64,000 nucleotides of DNA. Source: Candidatus Poribacteria bacterium (GTDB lineage: Bacteria; Poribacteria; WGA-4E; PCPOR2b). The stretch lies in NCBI GenBank assembly GCA_965208675.1, contig OZ242351.1:3872001-3936000 (forward strand), read 5' to 3'. The translations under genes and the position numbers were made by a program. Below, piece after piece: positions 37,789 through 48,100 of this stretch; position 1 is the first letter of the stretch, and every line of letters starts with the position of its first letter. The notes under the pieces were generated by a model, which was not told where the DNA came from, did not search any database, and worked only from the letters and a program-made list of their open reading frames with translations.

Positions 37789-40700
37789 ATGAAAGATTTC
37801 TTTCGCCGGACGGATAGCTATCAATCCCTCGTTGAAATTCTATCTAAACTCCAAAAAACTTCCACGCATCGAACTGACCCGCTTACCCAGCCAGAACAAT
37901 ACTCCGTGCTAAATGATGGGATAATTAGCACCAGCAATTCGGACAATTCCGCATCGGACGTTCCATGGTTGTGGGGGTTGCATGGCGCATCGGTCGCCCA
38001 CTTATTGAGTACACTTTCATCAGATTTCTCCGATTCGTCTTTCCTTGTTATTCTCCCCTCACATCATGAGGCTGAAAAGGTTGTGCAGGACCTCCCTACC
38101 TACGGCTTTGACCAGGCATTGTTTTTCCCGGAGTGGCAGAACATTTTCTATGAAGGCGTTTCCCCGACCAAGAAGATTGTTGCGGAGCGAATGACCTGTT
38201 TGCGCCAATTGCTGGAGGGGAATCGCGCGACAATTGTCACATCAATCAAAGCGTTACTGCACCGAATTGCTCCCAAATCGGTTTTATCCGCATTTTTCGA
38301 AACATTGCAAGTTGGTGACGAAATCGCACCCGACGATATTGTCGCATTCCTACTACGCGGCGGCTACCAAAGAGTTGACCTCGTGGAGGCAAAAGGAGAA
38401 TTTGCGCGCCGCGGTGATATTTTGGATGTTTATCCGTTAATTGCCGATAACCCCGTCAGAGTTGATTTTTGGGGCGATAATATTGATGCTATTCGCACGT
38501 TCGACCTCTCCTCACAGCGTTCTATAGCGAATCTGCGGCAGGTGTCCTTAAGTCCTATGCGGGAGGTCTTCTTGACGCCCGATGCGCTTACCCAGTGGAA
38601 AGCACGGGTAGAGGGGTTTATTGAATCAAATCCCTCCCCGGAATATAGAAACGTGATTCATGAGATTACACAACGCTTCGAGGGCGGAACAGATTTGGAC
38701 GGTATTGAATCTCTTCTTCCAATGTTATACGCCAATCCTGGCCTTCTTACCGATTATCTCTCCGCGTCGACAACGGTTTTACTCGTCGAACCAGCATGGG
38801 CGATGAGAGAGGGAAAGCGAACTATTGAGGAAGCGGACGCACTCTACGCCAGAAAACTGGAACAAAATCAATTCATGGTTCCATCAAACGAGACATTCGC
38901 ACCCGTTGAATCGGTAATCCCCGTTTTACAGCGGTATCCCGCGCTTCACATATCCTTGACGCAACCTGAACCTGCAACGGGAGAGCGGATTGCCGAAATT
39001 GACTTTGGTATGCGTCCGCCGGGCGTGCATCGCGGGAACCTTCAGATCGTCATGGACCAGATAAAGGGATGGACGGATGAAGGCTATCTTGTAAACATCT
39101 TCAGTGATAATTCGGCGGGCACCAAACGATTGAATGAGATTCTTGCAGACCGAAGCATGCTCACCGCGCAAACTGCTGTAATAATCGGCAGCATCAGCCA
39201 GGGATATCTCAATAAAGAACATAAGTTTGTTGTTATTTCTGAAGATGAGGTGTTTGGCCGCGAGTATCGCCGGCGCCGCCGCACTGGCTTCAAAGAAGGC
39301 GCACCGATTCTGAATTTGATCGATCTCAAAGAAGGGGACTATGTTGTACATGTATCACATGGAATCGCTGTCTATACAGGGATTCGCCGTCTGGATATTG
39401 ACGGCAAGCCTCAAGATTTTTTGGTTCTGAACTACGCGGGAGGAGACATACTTTACGTTCCCACTCACCAGATTGATTTCGTACAAAAGTATGTCGGAGG
39501 AGATAACGAGGGAAAAGGCCCCCGATTGGACAAACTTGGTGGTACCTCGTGGCAGCGGGTTAAATCCAAGGTGAAAGCGTCCATAGAAGAAATGGCGGAG
39601 GAACTTCTTGAGCTCTACGCAATTCGAGAAGCGCAAAAGGGATTTGTTTTTTCGCCGGACACATCGTGGCAGCGTGAATTTGAAGCGATGTTTCCTTATG
39701 AAGAGACGCCCGATCAACTACAAGCAGTTGATGAAGTCAAAGAGGATATGGAGCGGGTACGCCCCATGGATCGGTTAATCTGCGGAGATGTGGGATACGG
39801 AAAAACAGAAGTTGCGCTTCGATCGGTGTTTAAGGCGGTGATGGATGGCAAACAGGCCGCTGTTCTTGTGCCGACGACAGTTCTCGCACTGCAACATTTT
39901 AACACGTTTAAAAATCGATTCGAACACTTCCCTGTCAGTGTAGAGATGCTGACACGCTTCCGAGCAACTAATGAAGCGAAATTAGTAAAAGCGGGTTTAG
40001 AAAAAGGTGCCGTAGACATTGTCATCGGTACCCATAGTCTGTTGTCGGATAGCCTCAAGTTCCACGATTTAGGTCTGTTAGTAATTGATGAAGAGCATCG
40101 CTTCGGGGTAAAACATAAAGAGAAAATTAAGCAGATTAAGCAAGTGGTTGATGTCATCACCTTGACAGCAACGCCGATTCCGCGTACACTACACATGTCC
40201 CTAATCGGAATCCGCGACTTTAGTGTGATTAACACACCCCCTGAAAACCGTCTGCCAATTGAAACCTACGTGATGGAATATAACCCCGATGTGGCGAAAG
40301 ACGCAATTTTGCGTGAGATGGAGCGGGGTGGTCAGGTCTATTTTGTCCACAATCGTGTGCAGAGTATCGCCAGTATTGCTGCGTCAGTTCAAAGACTCGT
40401 ACCGCAAGCCCGGGTGAGCATCGCACATGGACAGATGGCCGAACGTCAACTAGAAAAAGTCATGATAGACTTTATTAACCACGAATCCGACGTTTTGGTG
40501 TGCACCATGATTATCGAATCAGGGCTAGACATACCTAACGTCAACACAATTCTGATTAACCGTGCGGACGCGCTCGGATTGGCGCAACTTTATCAATTGC
40601 GCGGGCGCGTTGGACGCGCTCAGTATCAGGCATACGGTTACCTTTTCTATCCGCAGGGGCGTGCGATTACTGAAAATGCACAGAAACGGCTTCGAGTTAT

Positions 40701-41322
40701 TGAGGAGTTTACTGATCTTGGGTCAGGGTTCAAAATTGCGCTTAGAGACCTCGAAATCCGTGGAACCGGCAACATCCTTGGTCCCCAACAACACGGCCAT
40801 ATCGCTGTGGTGGGTTATGATATGTATTGTCGGTTGCTTGAAGAAACCGTACGCAAACTTAAGGGCGAAAAGATTGAAGAATCAGTCGAAACGCGAATTA
40901 GCTTGCCAGTGGAAGCATATTTGCCTGACGAGTACGTGCCCGACAGTCGCCAGAAGGTTTCGCTCTATAAGAAAATTGCCGCATTGAAGACGGAAGCGGA
41001 TCGGAAAAGTCTTTCAGAAGAAATCATCGATCGATATGGCAAAATCCCCGAACCTGTCGAGATGTTGCTTGAAATTGCCGAGCTTAAACAGCTTTGTCAA
41101 TCATGCGGCGTTGAAGGGATTGTTGCGGGGGGCGATAATGTAAAGATTTCGTTGGCTGAAGCGAAGTCGAATGTTGACCCTAGTAGGTTTGTTCAGGTAA
41201 TTCAAGGCGATAGACGGCTCTCACTTTCACCGCCTGGCCGCCTGATGGTCAATACAAAAGGGTTGGTTGGAAAATCCCTCTTACTCACTCTCAAGCGAAT
41301 CCTCTTCAGAGCGTTTAGTTGA
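37789..41322 (+). CDS. mfd: transcription-repair coupling factor
   Basis: UvrB-like N-terminus, CarD/RID domain, GDVGYGKTE, DEEHRFG, QLRGRVGR, TRCF domain. Confidence 0.97.
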   Translation: MKDFFRRTDSYQSLVEILSKLQKTSTHRTDPLTQPEQYSVLNDGIISTSNSDNSASDVPWLWGLHGASVAHLLSTLSSDFSDSSFLVILPSHHEAEKVVQDLPTYGFDQALFFPEWQNIFYEGVSPTKKIVAERMTCLRQLLEGNRATIVTSIKALLHRIAPKSVLSAFFETLQVGDEIAPDDIVAFLLRGGYQRVDLVEAKGEFARRGDILDVYPLIADNPVRVDFWGDNIDAIRTFDLSSQRSIANLRQVSLSPMREVFLTPDALTQWKARVEGFIESNPSPEYRNVIHEITQRFEGGTDLDGIESLLPMLYANPGLLTDYLSASTTVLLVEPAWAMREGKRTIEEADALYARKLEQNQFMVPSNETFAPVESVIPVLQRYPALHISLTQPEPATGERIAEIDFGMRPPGVHRGNLQIVMDQIKGWTDEGYLVNIFSDNSAGTKRLNEILADRSMLTAQTAVIIGSISQGYLNKEHKFVVISEDEVFGREYRRRRRTGFKEGAPILNLIDLKEGDYVVHVSHGIAVYTGIRRLDIDGKPQDFLVLNYAGGDILYVPTHQIDFVQKYVGGDNEGKGPRLDKLGGTSWQRVKSKVKASIEEMAEELLELYAIREAQKGFVFSPDTSWQREFEAMFPYEETPDQLQAVDEVKEDMERVRPMDRLICGDVGYGKTEVALRSVFKAVMDGKQAAVLVPTTVLALQHFNTFKNRFEHFPVSVEMLTRFRATNEAKLVKAGLEKGAVDIVIGTHSLLSDSLKFHDLGLLVIDEEHRFGVKHKEKIKQIKQVVDVITLTATPIPRTLHMSLIGIRDFSVINTPPENRLPIETYVMEYNPDVAKDAILREMERGGQVYFVHNRVQSIASIAASVQRLVPQARVSIAHGQMAERQLEKVMIDFINHESDVLVCTMIIESGLDIPNVNTILINRADALGLAQLYQLRGRVGRAQYQAYGYLFYPQGRAITENAQKRLRVIEEFTDLGSGFKIALRDLEIRGTGNILGPQQHGHIAVVGYDMYCRLLEETVRKLKGEKIEESVETRISLPVEAYLPDEYVPDSRQKVSLYKKIAALKTEADRKSLSEEIIDRYGKIPEPVEMLLEIAELKQLCQSCGVEGIVAGGDNVKISLAEAKSNVDPSRFVQVIQGDRRLSLSPPGRLMVNTKGLVGKSLLLTLKRILFRAFS

Positions 41323-41649
41323 TATTGGAAACAGCCGCTAAAAGCCGTCAACACAGTCCTGTCGCAAGAACTGCTGGATAAAACAGCCTGCCCCATCACC
41401 ATCAATAGAATCAAGAGCCACACGGCTTATGGTTCCGCAGCGCGATAGATACTCAGCAGTGAGCACGTTTGTGTTGAGTCGGCATGCCGTTTTTTTATGT
41501 TTTAAGGCAGATATACATTTTTGCCTAGTTTCTAGTTCCATCAATGAATGGGACGATGAAGTTCGTGGCAGGTCTTTAGTATTTACGAGTTTACCTAACA
41601 CCAAGTACACAACACTTAGCATATACAATATAGAAAGGAGTGGCACACA

Positions 41650-42651
41650 ATGAAGTATACCTTGAGTGTGTTAGCTGTGACTGTAGCAATATGTTTTACC
41701 GCTTGGCGGGTTGTTCAATCGCAAGATTTGGATTCATCTACAGAATCTGTAGATGAAAGTCAAATAACAGTAGCGGAATACAACTGGGACGGTTCTGCGA
41801 AGCAGATTTCACTCGCCGATCTGAAGGCGGCGATTGATAAGTTGCCGCCCCACCGCCAAGAGAAATACGACGATAGAACTAGTAAGGCGGAGTATTTGAA
41901 CGAATTGATTGCAGAAAAACTGAAACTCCTCGCCGCCATTGAAAGGGAATTTGACAAAGACGAGGAATTCCTAAAAAAGGCAGAGGACTATAAACACCAG
42001 CTTATGGTTGAGCGGCTAACCGAAAATGAAGTCGATAATAAAATCTCCTATACTGAGGAAGACATCAAGCAATACTACGAGACGAATAAAAGCGAATATA
42101 TTGAAGAACCTGAGGTTCAAGCAACTTGTATTGCCTTGCTGGATGAGGACCGCGCGCAGGAAGTATTGGAGGAGATTAAGGGTGGTAAAGACATCGTCGC
42201 AGCGGCGAAGGAGCTCTGGGAAGTTGGTGAATTAGAAGGGCCCGGAGTCAACGAAGAAGAACCCGGACGTACTCGCTTTTTCTCGCGAGATGAGGCCAAT
42301 GAATGGAAAGAGTTAATCGATACCCTCTTTGAAATGGAAATTGGTGAAATGACTCAAGAGGTCTTTGAAACTGACATCCGTGATAAAACTCACTTCATGA
42401 TTTTCAGTAAAAGGGACCACAGGCCTGAACGCCAAAAAGAGTTAGATGAAGTCAGAAATCGCGTTGAACGACAAGTAGAGCGTGGAAAGAAACGCCAACG
42501 AATCACAGAATGGGTTAAAGCGTTTACAACCGAAGGCAAACTCAAGACTTTTCCGGAACGTATTCCCGAGCCTCAACCGGATGAAGAAAGTGAAGAGGAA
42601 ACCTCGCCGGCGCCGGAAGAAGCTGCGGAAGAAAAATCTGAGGATATGTAA
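41650..42651 (+). CDS. exported PrsA/SurA-like parvulin-domain chaperone
   Basis: Signal peptide, SurA-like helical N-domain, QYYETNK..Y..PEVQATCI; paralog of 42741. Confidence 0.8.
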   Translation: MKYTLSVLAVTVAICFTAWRVVQSQDLDSSTESVDESQITVAEYNWDGSAKQISLADLKAAIDKLPPHRQEKYDDRTSKAEYLNELIAEKLKLLAAIEREFDKDEEFLKKAEDYKHQLMVERLTENEVDNKISYTEEDIKQYYETNKSEYIEEPEVQATCIALLDEDRAQEVLEEIKGGKDIVAAAKELWEVGELEGPGVNEEEPGRTRFFSRDEANEWKELIDTLFEMEIGEMTQEVFETDIRDKTHFMIFSKRDHRPERQKELDEVRNRVERQVERGKKRQRITEWVKAFTTEGKLKTFPERIPEPQPDEESEEETSPAPEEAAEEKSEDM

Positions 42652-42740
42652 ATCCTAAGAACAAAATTCGTCGCCATAAGCGGGTTTGTTCATTATGGGC
42701 GGCGAAAGCCAACAAAAAGTATGATTATGGAGGAATTATT

Positions 42741-43748
42741 GTGAAGAAACTGGGAAGTATTTGTTGCATTTTGCTTAGCGGGTTTGTACTCAACATCGTG
42801 TTCATCGGCTGCGGCGGAAAAGCAACCGGTGCTGACGGTACAGTGATTGCAGAATTTGAATGGGATGGCAAACATCATATTACCCTTGAAGAGATGATGG
42901 CGGAGATTGACGAACTCCCGGACTACAAAAAACGGCAGTACAAAGAGAAGCAGGAGCTCGAAGAATATATGACCCTCATGGCAGAGAGTCGGTTGATACT
43001 CTGTCTCGCAAAAGATCAAAATCTCGATGAAGATGCGGAGATTCTGGAAAAAGTCCACGATTATCTGCATGAATTGATGGTTGATAAGCTTACCGAACTC
43101 GAAGTTGACCAACAGCTAACAACAACTGAAGAGGACTTTAGGCTTTACTTTGAAGAGAATAAAGACAGATTTGTCGAACCTGAACAGGTACGGGGGATTG
43201 CCATAGCAGTTGCAAACAAAGCCCGCGCCGAGGAAGTGCTTCAGCAGATAAAAGACGGCAAAGATATCGTTGAAGTTTCTAAAGAACTAATAGACAGGGG
43301 CGAAATGGAAGGCCCAGGTTCAAACCCGGCGGACCCCGGCGCAACGGGATTCTTTTCGCGCCACTCTTATCCCGAAGAGGCGCAGCCTTTTGTTAAGGTG
43401 GCGTTCGATCTGGAGGTCGGCCAAACAAGCGATGAGATTATTGTTATCGAATTTGGGCGGCCGTATTACATGATTTTCCGCAAAGATGAACATAAACAAG
43501 AACGCCAACAAGAACTTGAGGAAGAATATGTGCGCCGCAACGTGGAAAGAGCTGTCGAACGCGACAAACGTAAACAACTGATGCAAGCATGGATAGAGCG
43601 GCTCCGCGAACGTGCGAAGGTTAAGACGTACATCGATCGAATTCCGGAGGCACCAAAGGAAGACGATGCCGACACGGAAACTGAAGCTGCTGAGGATGAT
43701 TCTTCTTCCGCCCACGATTCCATGGAAAGTAAGTCTGAGGAACAGTAA
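42741..43748 (+). CDS. lipoprotein PrsA/SurA-like parvulin-domain chaperone
   Basis: Lipobox FIGC; YFEENKDRFVEPEQVRGIAI...AFDLEVGQTS...LRERAKV. Confidence 0.8.
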   Translation: MKKLGSICCILLSGFVLNIVFIGCGGKATGADGTVIAEFEWDGKHHITLEEMMAEIDELPDYKKRQYKEKQELEEYMTLMAESRLILCLAKDQNLDEDAEILEKVHDYLHELMVDKLTELEVDQQLTTTEEDFRLYFEENKDRFVEPEQVRGIAIAVANKARAEEVLQQIKDGKDIVEVSKELIDRGEMEGPGSNPADPGATGFFSRHSYPEEAQPFVKVAFDLEVGQTSDEIIVIEFGRPYYMIFRKDEHKQERQQELEEEYVRRNVERAVERDKRKQLMQAWIERLRERAKVKTYIDRIPEAPKEDDADTETEAAEDDSSSAHDSMESKSEEQ

Positions 43749-43843
43749 TGTGAGTCGGGTATTTGGCTTTAGGTGAGATCGAAACCTTTAGCGCCTATGC
43801 CCAACTCAAATTGCCAATTAGATTTTACGGAGGTACATCCTAT

Positions 43844-45160
43844 ATGCGCACTGCGAACTTGATTCGCCAAGCTCTCCTTATATTGTTTTATGTGGCAGTC
43901 GGGAACAACTCTCTGTTTGCGCGGACATTTGATGAAATTATCGCTTATGTCAACGACTCCGTAATAACCAAATGGGAACTCGAAAACGTCGTGAAACAAC
44001 GCGCAATGGAACTACAGACCGCACATCAATTCAGTCCACGCGAAGCTATGGAAAGAGCGGAACAAGAACGCCAAGAGCTGCTTGACCGTCTGATTCGCCA
44101 AATGCTCCTCGTAGAAACTGCATTGAGCTTGAAAATTGAGGTGACGGATGAGGAAGTGGAACAATACATCCAAAACTTTAAGAAAAATGCAAAAATTGAA
44201 ACAGAAGAGGAGTTCATAGAACAGCTGAAAAGAGAGGGATATACCCTGAGTGCCTTTCGAGAGCAAGCGAAGCGGAACCTAATGGCGGAGCGGCTTTTAA
44301 TGCAGCGTGTACTGCCAAAACTCCAGGTCAGAGATGCGGATGTCATGAAGTTTTTTGAAGAAAACCGGCAGCAATTTACAACGAAAACTGACGAGGTGCA
44401 TTTGAAACACATCTTCATCGCTTTCAAGGCTAGCGACGCCAAGCGGCAAGCCGCGCTTAAAGAGATGGACTCCATTCTTAACGAAATTGAAATGGGCAAG
44501 TCATTTGCCGAACTTGCCCGACGCTATACGGAGGATGAACAGGGTCAGGAGCGAGCTTCATCGAAAGTTGGCGAATTGATTCAGTGGCCGATAGCAGAGA
44601 TTTCGAATCTCTCCCAGCCATTCCGAATTGCACTTTCTTCACTAAACGCCGGCGATCTTAGCGATCCTATTGAAGGGAATGATGGAATTTATCTCTTCAA
44701 TATTGAAAGTAAGACTAACCAAACGATTTCGTTCCGTTATCTTGTAATCCATCTAAAACCAGGTGAAGAAGCTATTGAAAAAGCAAATGAACGCGCCAAT
44801 CTTGTTCTACAAGAATTACGTCAGGGCGCGGATTTCAAGACGCTCGTTAATCAATATACGGACGATTTGGAAACGAAATCAGATGGCGGCAATCTTGGTG
44901 TGCGTTCACTCAACGATTTGAATCCCAATACGCGGAAGGTCATTGAGGCACTTGCAGTTGGAGAATATAGCGCACCGCTCAAAACCGCCCATGGACTACA
45001 CATCTTCACGGTTGATTCTCGAACTGCTGTCGAACTTACTGAAGCGGAAAAAGAACAAATCCGTCTCGTGTTGCGTGAGCAAAAATTTCAAGAGGGTTGG
45101 CAGGCTTACACGGATACAATTTTGAAGGGTGCATACGTAAAAATCAATCCGATTAAATGA
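43844..45160 (+). CDS. surA: SurA-like chaperone with two parvulin domains
   Basis: DEIIAYVNDSVIT, LLDRLIRQML, VHLKHIFI, SDGGNLG, PLKTAHGLHIF; GGAGG RBS. Confidence 0.8.
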   Translation: MRTANLIRQALLILFYVAVGNNSLFARTFDEIIAYVNDSVITKWELENVVKQRAMELQTAHQFSPREAMERAEQERQELLDRLIRQMLLVETALSLKIEVTDEEVEQYIQNFKKNAKIETEEEFIEQLKREGYTLSAFREQAKRNLMAERLLMQRVLPKLQVRDADVMKFFEENRQQFTTKTDEVHLKHIFIAFKASDAKRQAALKEMDSILNEIEMGKSFAELARRYTEDEQGQERASSKVGELIQWPIAEISNLSQPFRIALSSLNAGDLSDPIEGNDGIYLFNIESKTNQTISFRYLVIHLKPGEEAIEKANERANLVLQELRQGADFKTLVNQYTDDLETKSDGGNLGVRSLNDLNPNTRKVIEALAVGEYSAPLKTAHGLHIFTVDSRTAVELTEAEKEQIRLVLREQKFQEGWQAYTDTILKGAYVKINPIK

Positions 45161-45176
45161 AGAGAGAAGACACAGA

Positions 45177-48100
45177 ATGGAAGGGAGGGAAAGAAAGAGA
45201 CCCAAAACTGGAAGACTAAATAGCCAAGACGCAAATTGGATTTCACTTCCTAAATCTCCCGCTTTGCTGTATTCTCATTACGTTTTGTGCGTTACTGGCT
45301 ATGCATTACGTTTTACATCTCACGCATTATCAATTACTTTTCTCGCCTGTTTCTCGCTTGCATCTGTTTGTTCCTTGGCCGCCCAAGATAATCTCCCACC
45401 TGCCGCTGGCGGCGTTGATACCGCAACGGATGCAAAGAATCAATCCGAACCTTCTCCCGATATCCAAGAAACTTCCCTAGAAAAAGAGAAAAAGCGCAAG
45501 TCCCAACTGGATCCTGATAATACTACCCCTGAAGAAGGTAAAGTCATTGGTGATGGCGATGAGATTTTCGTCCAGGAGAATATTGTCCAGATTCACGGAA
45601 ATGGGCTAATCAAATTTGAGGACGTCGTGCTTCACGCAGACCATATTTGGGCGGATTTTGACGAAAATATTATGCGTGCGGCTGGCAACGTGCGTCTCAT
45701 TGTTGAAAATGAGGAAACGCATGCGAACGAATTAGTTTACAACCTTGACAACAAAAAAGGAGTTGTGCGGGAAGGATTTACATACAGCGATCCCTGGTAT
45801 TACCGTGGTACAGAAATCTTCAAGGTCGAAGCGGATGAATCCTACATCCGCGGCGGTTCACTCACGACCTGTTCCCTCAAACACCCTCATTTCTACTTTA
45901 GCGCCTCTAAAATCATCGTCAAAATTAACAAAGAATTAATAGCGAAAAACATTGTGCTGAAGGTGGGCGGCATCCCGCTCTTTTATTTCCCGGTCTACCG
46001 CCGTGATTTGCGCGAGGATAAAGTCGCTAAGGTGATTGTAAAACTTGGAACTGATAGCTATCAGGGGCCGTTTGTCAGCATCATTTTGCCCCTCGCGCGC
46101 CGGCAGCGGTATGATGGCGCGCTGCTGTTCGATCAGAGTGCACGCCGAGGCGGCGGTAGGGGATTCGAGGGAAAATATCGTGTCAATGACGTCAAATTTC
46201 AAGAGATTCTTGTCCCCATTCCCGATGATGCAACACCAACTGAACGCGCGAATCTTGAAGAAAAAGCCGAAGAGTTATCAGATCGATTGGAAGGCAAATA
46301 TGACAATTTTAAGATGCGCCAGATATTCTTGGAATACAAGATTAGCGACGACGACGTCGCACGGGCACATGAGGAAGCAAACGAAATCTACACACAACTC
46401 CAGGCGGAAGACGGCGATTTTGCCGAGATAGCTCAAAGCAGTTCTGACCATCAAGATACCCGTTATCAAGGCGGAAACATGGGTTTTCTGGTGCACGGAG
46501 AGCGGGACGAGGACGGCGAACTTAGGCTCAATCCAATTTTGGAAAACGCTGCTTTCCAGCTGCAACCCGGGGACATTAGCCCGATTTTGCAGACCGAAAC
46601 AGGGTTTCACATTTTAAAAGTAGAACGTGTCATTGAGGTGTACGGTGAACGGGAGATTCAGGTGCGTCGAATTGACATTGTGGTCGAACCAAGTGACGAA
46701 ACTCGAGAATCTATTCAAGCGACTGCGGATGAAATTCAGGAACGTGCAAGTGCTGGCGAGACGTTCGATCAGTTAGCTTCGGAATACGAAGAAGCAGAAG
46801 CAGCCAGAGTTAATCAAGGCGCGTGGATGCCATTAATTGAAATGGACAATCGTTGGCGGTATTCGGTGCGTCGGATGGAACACCCTGGTGAAATCACACC
46901 GCCAGTAAAAACCAACCTCGGGGTTTATATCTTCCAATTAATTGAAAAGCAGCCGACGCCTAGTTTTGAAGAGATTGCTAGCCAATTTGAAGCAGAATGG
47001 GCTGCTCTGCAAGCGGAAAAAGAGGTAATAGAAACCCGGGAAGACCCAGAGGAACAAGATGGGGCAGAACCAGAGGAGAACGGCGAACCTCAATCGGATA
47101 GCACACATGACGCAATACAGTATACGGAATCTGATAACACAGTAGATTCGACGGAAGCAGAAAACTTGGAAGAGGAAAACGGAGAAGAGGAAGCAAAAGT
47201 CTACGAGAAGTACGGCTTTCGTGGCAAGTGGGAAATGCCGCGGAATGTCGCTTCACAAACCCAACGGCTATATCGGGGCGAATCGAGCCGCGTTATCAAA
47301 ACAAAAAAAGGGTACCGCCTCGTCAAAGTTGATAGGAAACGCACTTTCAGGGGCGATTTGCTATTTCTCGCCGAAGACCAATATTCGTCTAATCGCAAAA
47401 AACCCTTCAGAACCGGACAAAAGTGGACCATGCGGTGGGGGCATAACCATGTCATTTATACCCCTTGGGATAGCCGAGCCAAAGGGCGGCGGCCTGTGAG
47501 TTGGGTGAGTCGCGTGCTATGGGGCGCGCGAACTTACAAAGAAGGATTAGGAGAGAACGAATCGACCATTGACTCCTTTTCTGTGGTGACATGGGGTTCC
47601 GCTTTGTCTGCTGTAGATAATAAAGATTATGACGAGGACGGCAATTTGACATTTTCACGGGAGACCATCGGGGAGTTCTTGGGGCGTTTACAGGTGAATC
47701 ACACCTTAGATCTCACAGGAGAAGGGACAACAACCCTGCAAAAACTGCCTGCATTCACAGTCTCACTGTCGCGAATGCGCTTCAATCGGTTGCCGTTGTT
47801 CAAATCGCTCAATTCTGGTCTAACCTGGATTGCTGATAAATTGCGCACTGACCGTCCAATCCTTTCAATGGTCTCTTTTCCTACGCTTGAAAACACCAGC
47901 TTTGATTTCGACACCGCCTTGGGCAACTTCTACCGGGAACGATATAGGGATGAGGAAGATGTGTTCTTGCAGACGATGGATCTCGGCTTTGATTTGCGGA
48001 AACAATCGACATCACAAATTATGCCTAACCGTGAGTTATTGCTCGATGTAACGCTGCAAAGCAACATGATTTGGCACTCCAAAGACCGAGCTGGCAACCA

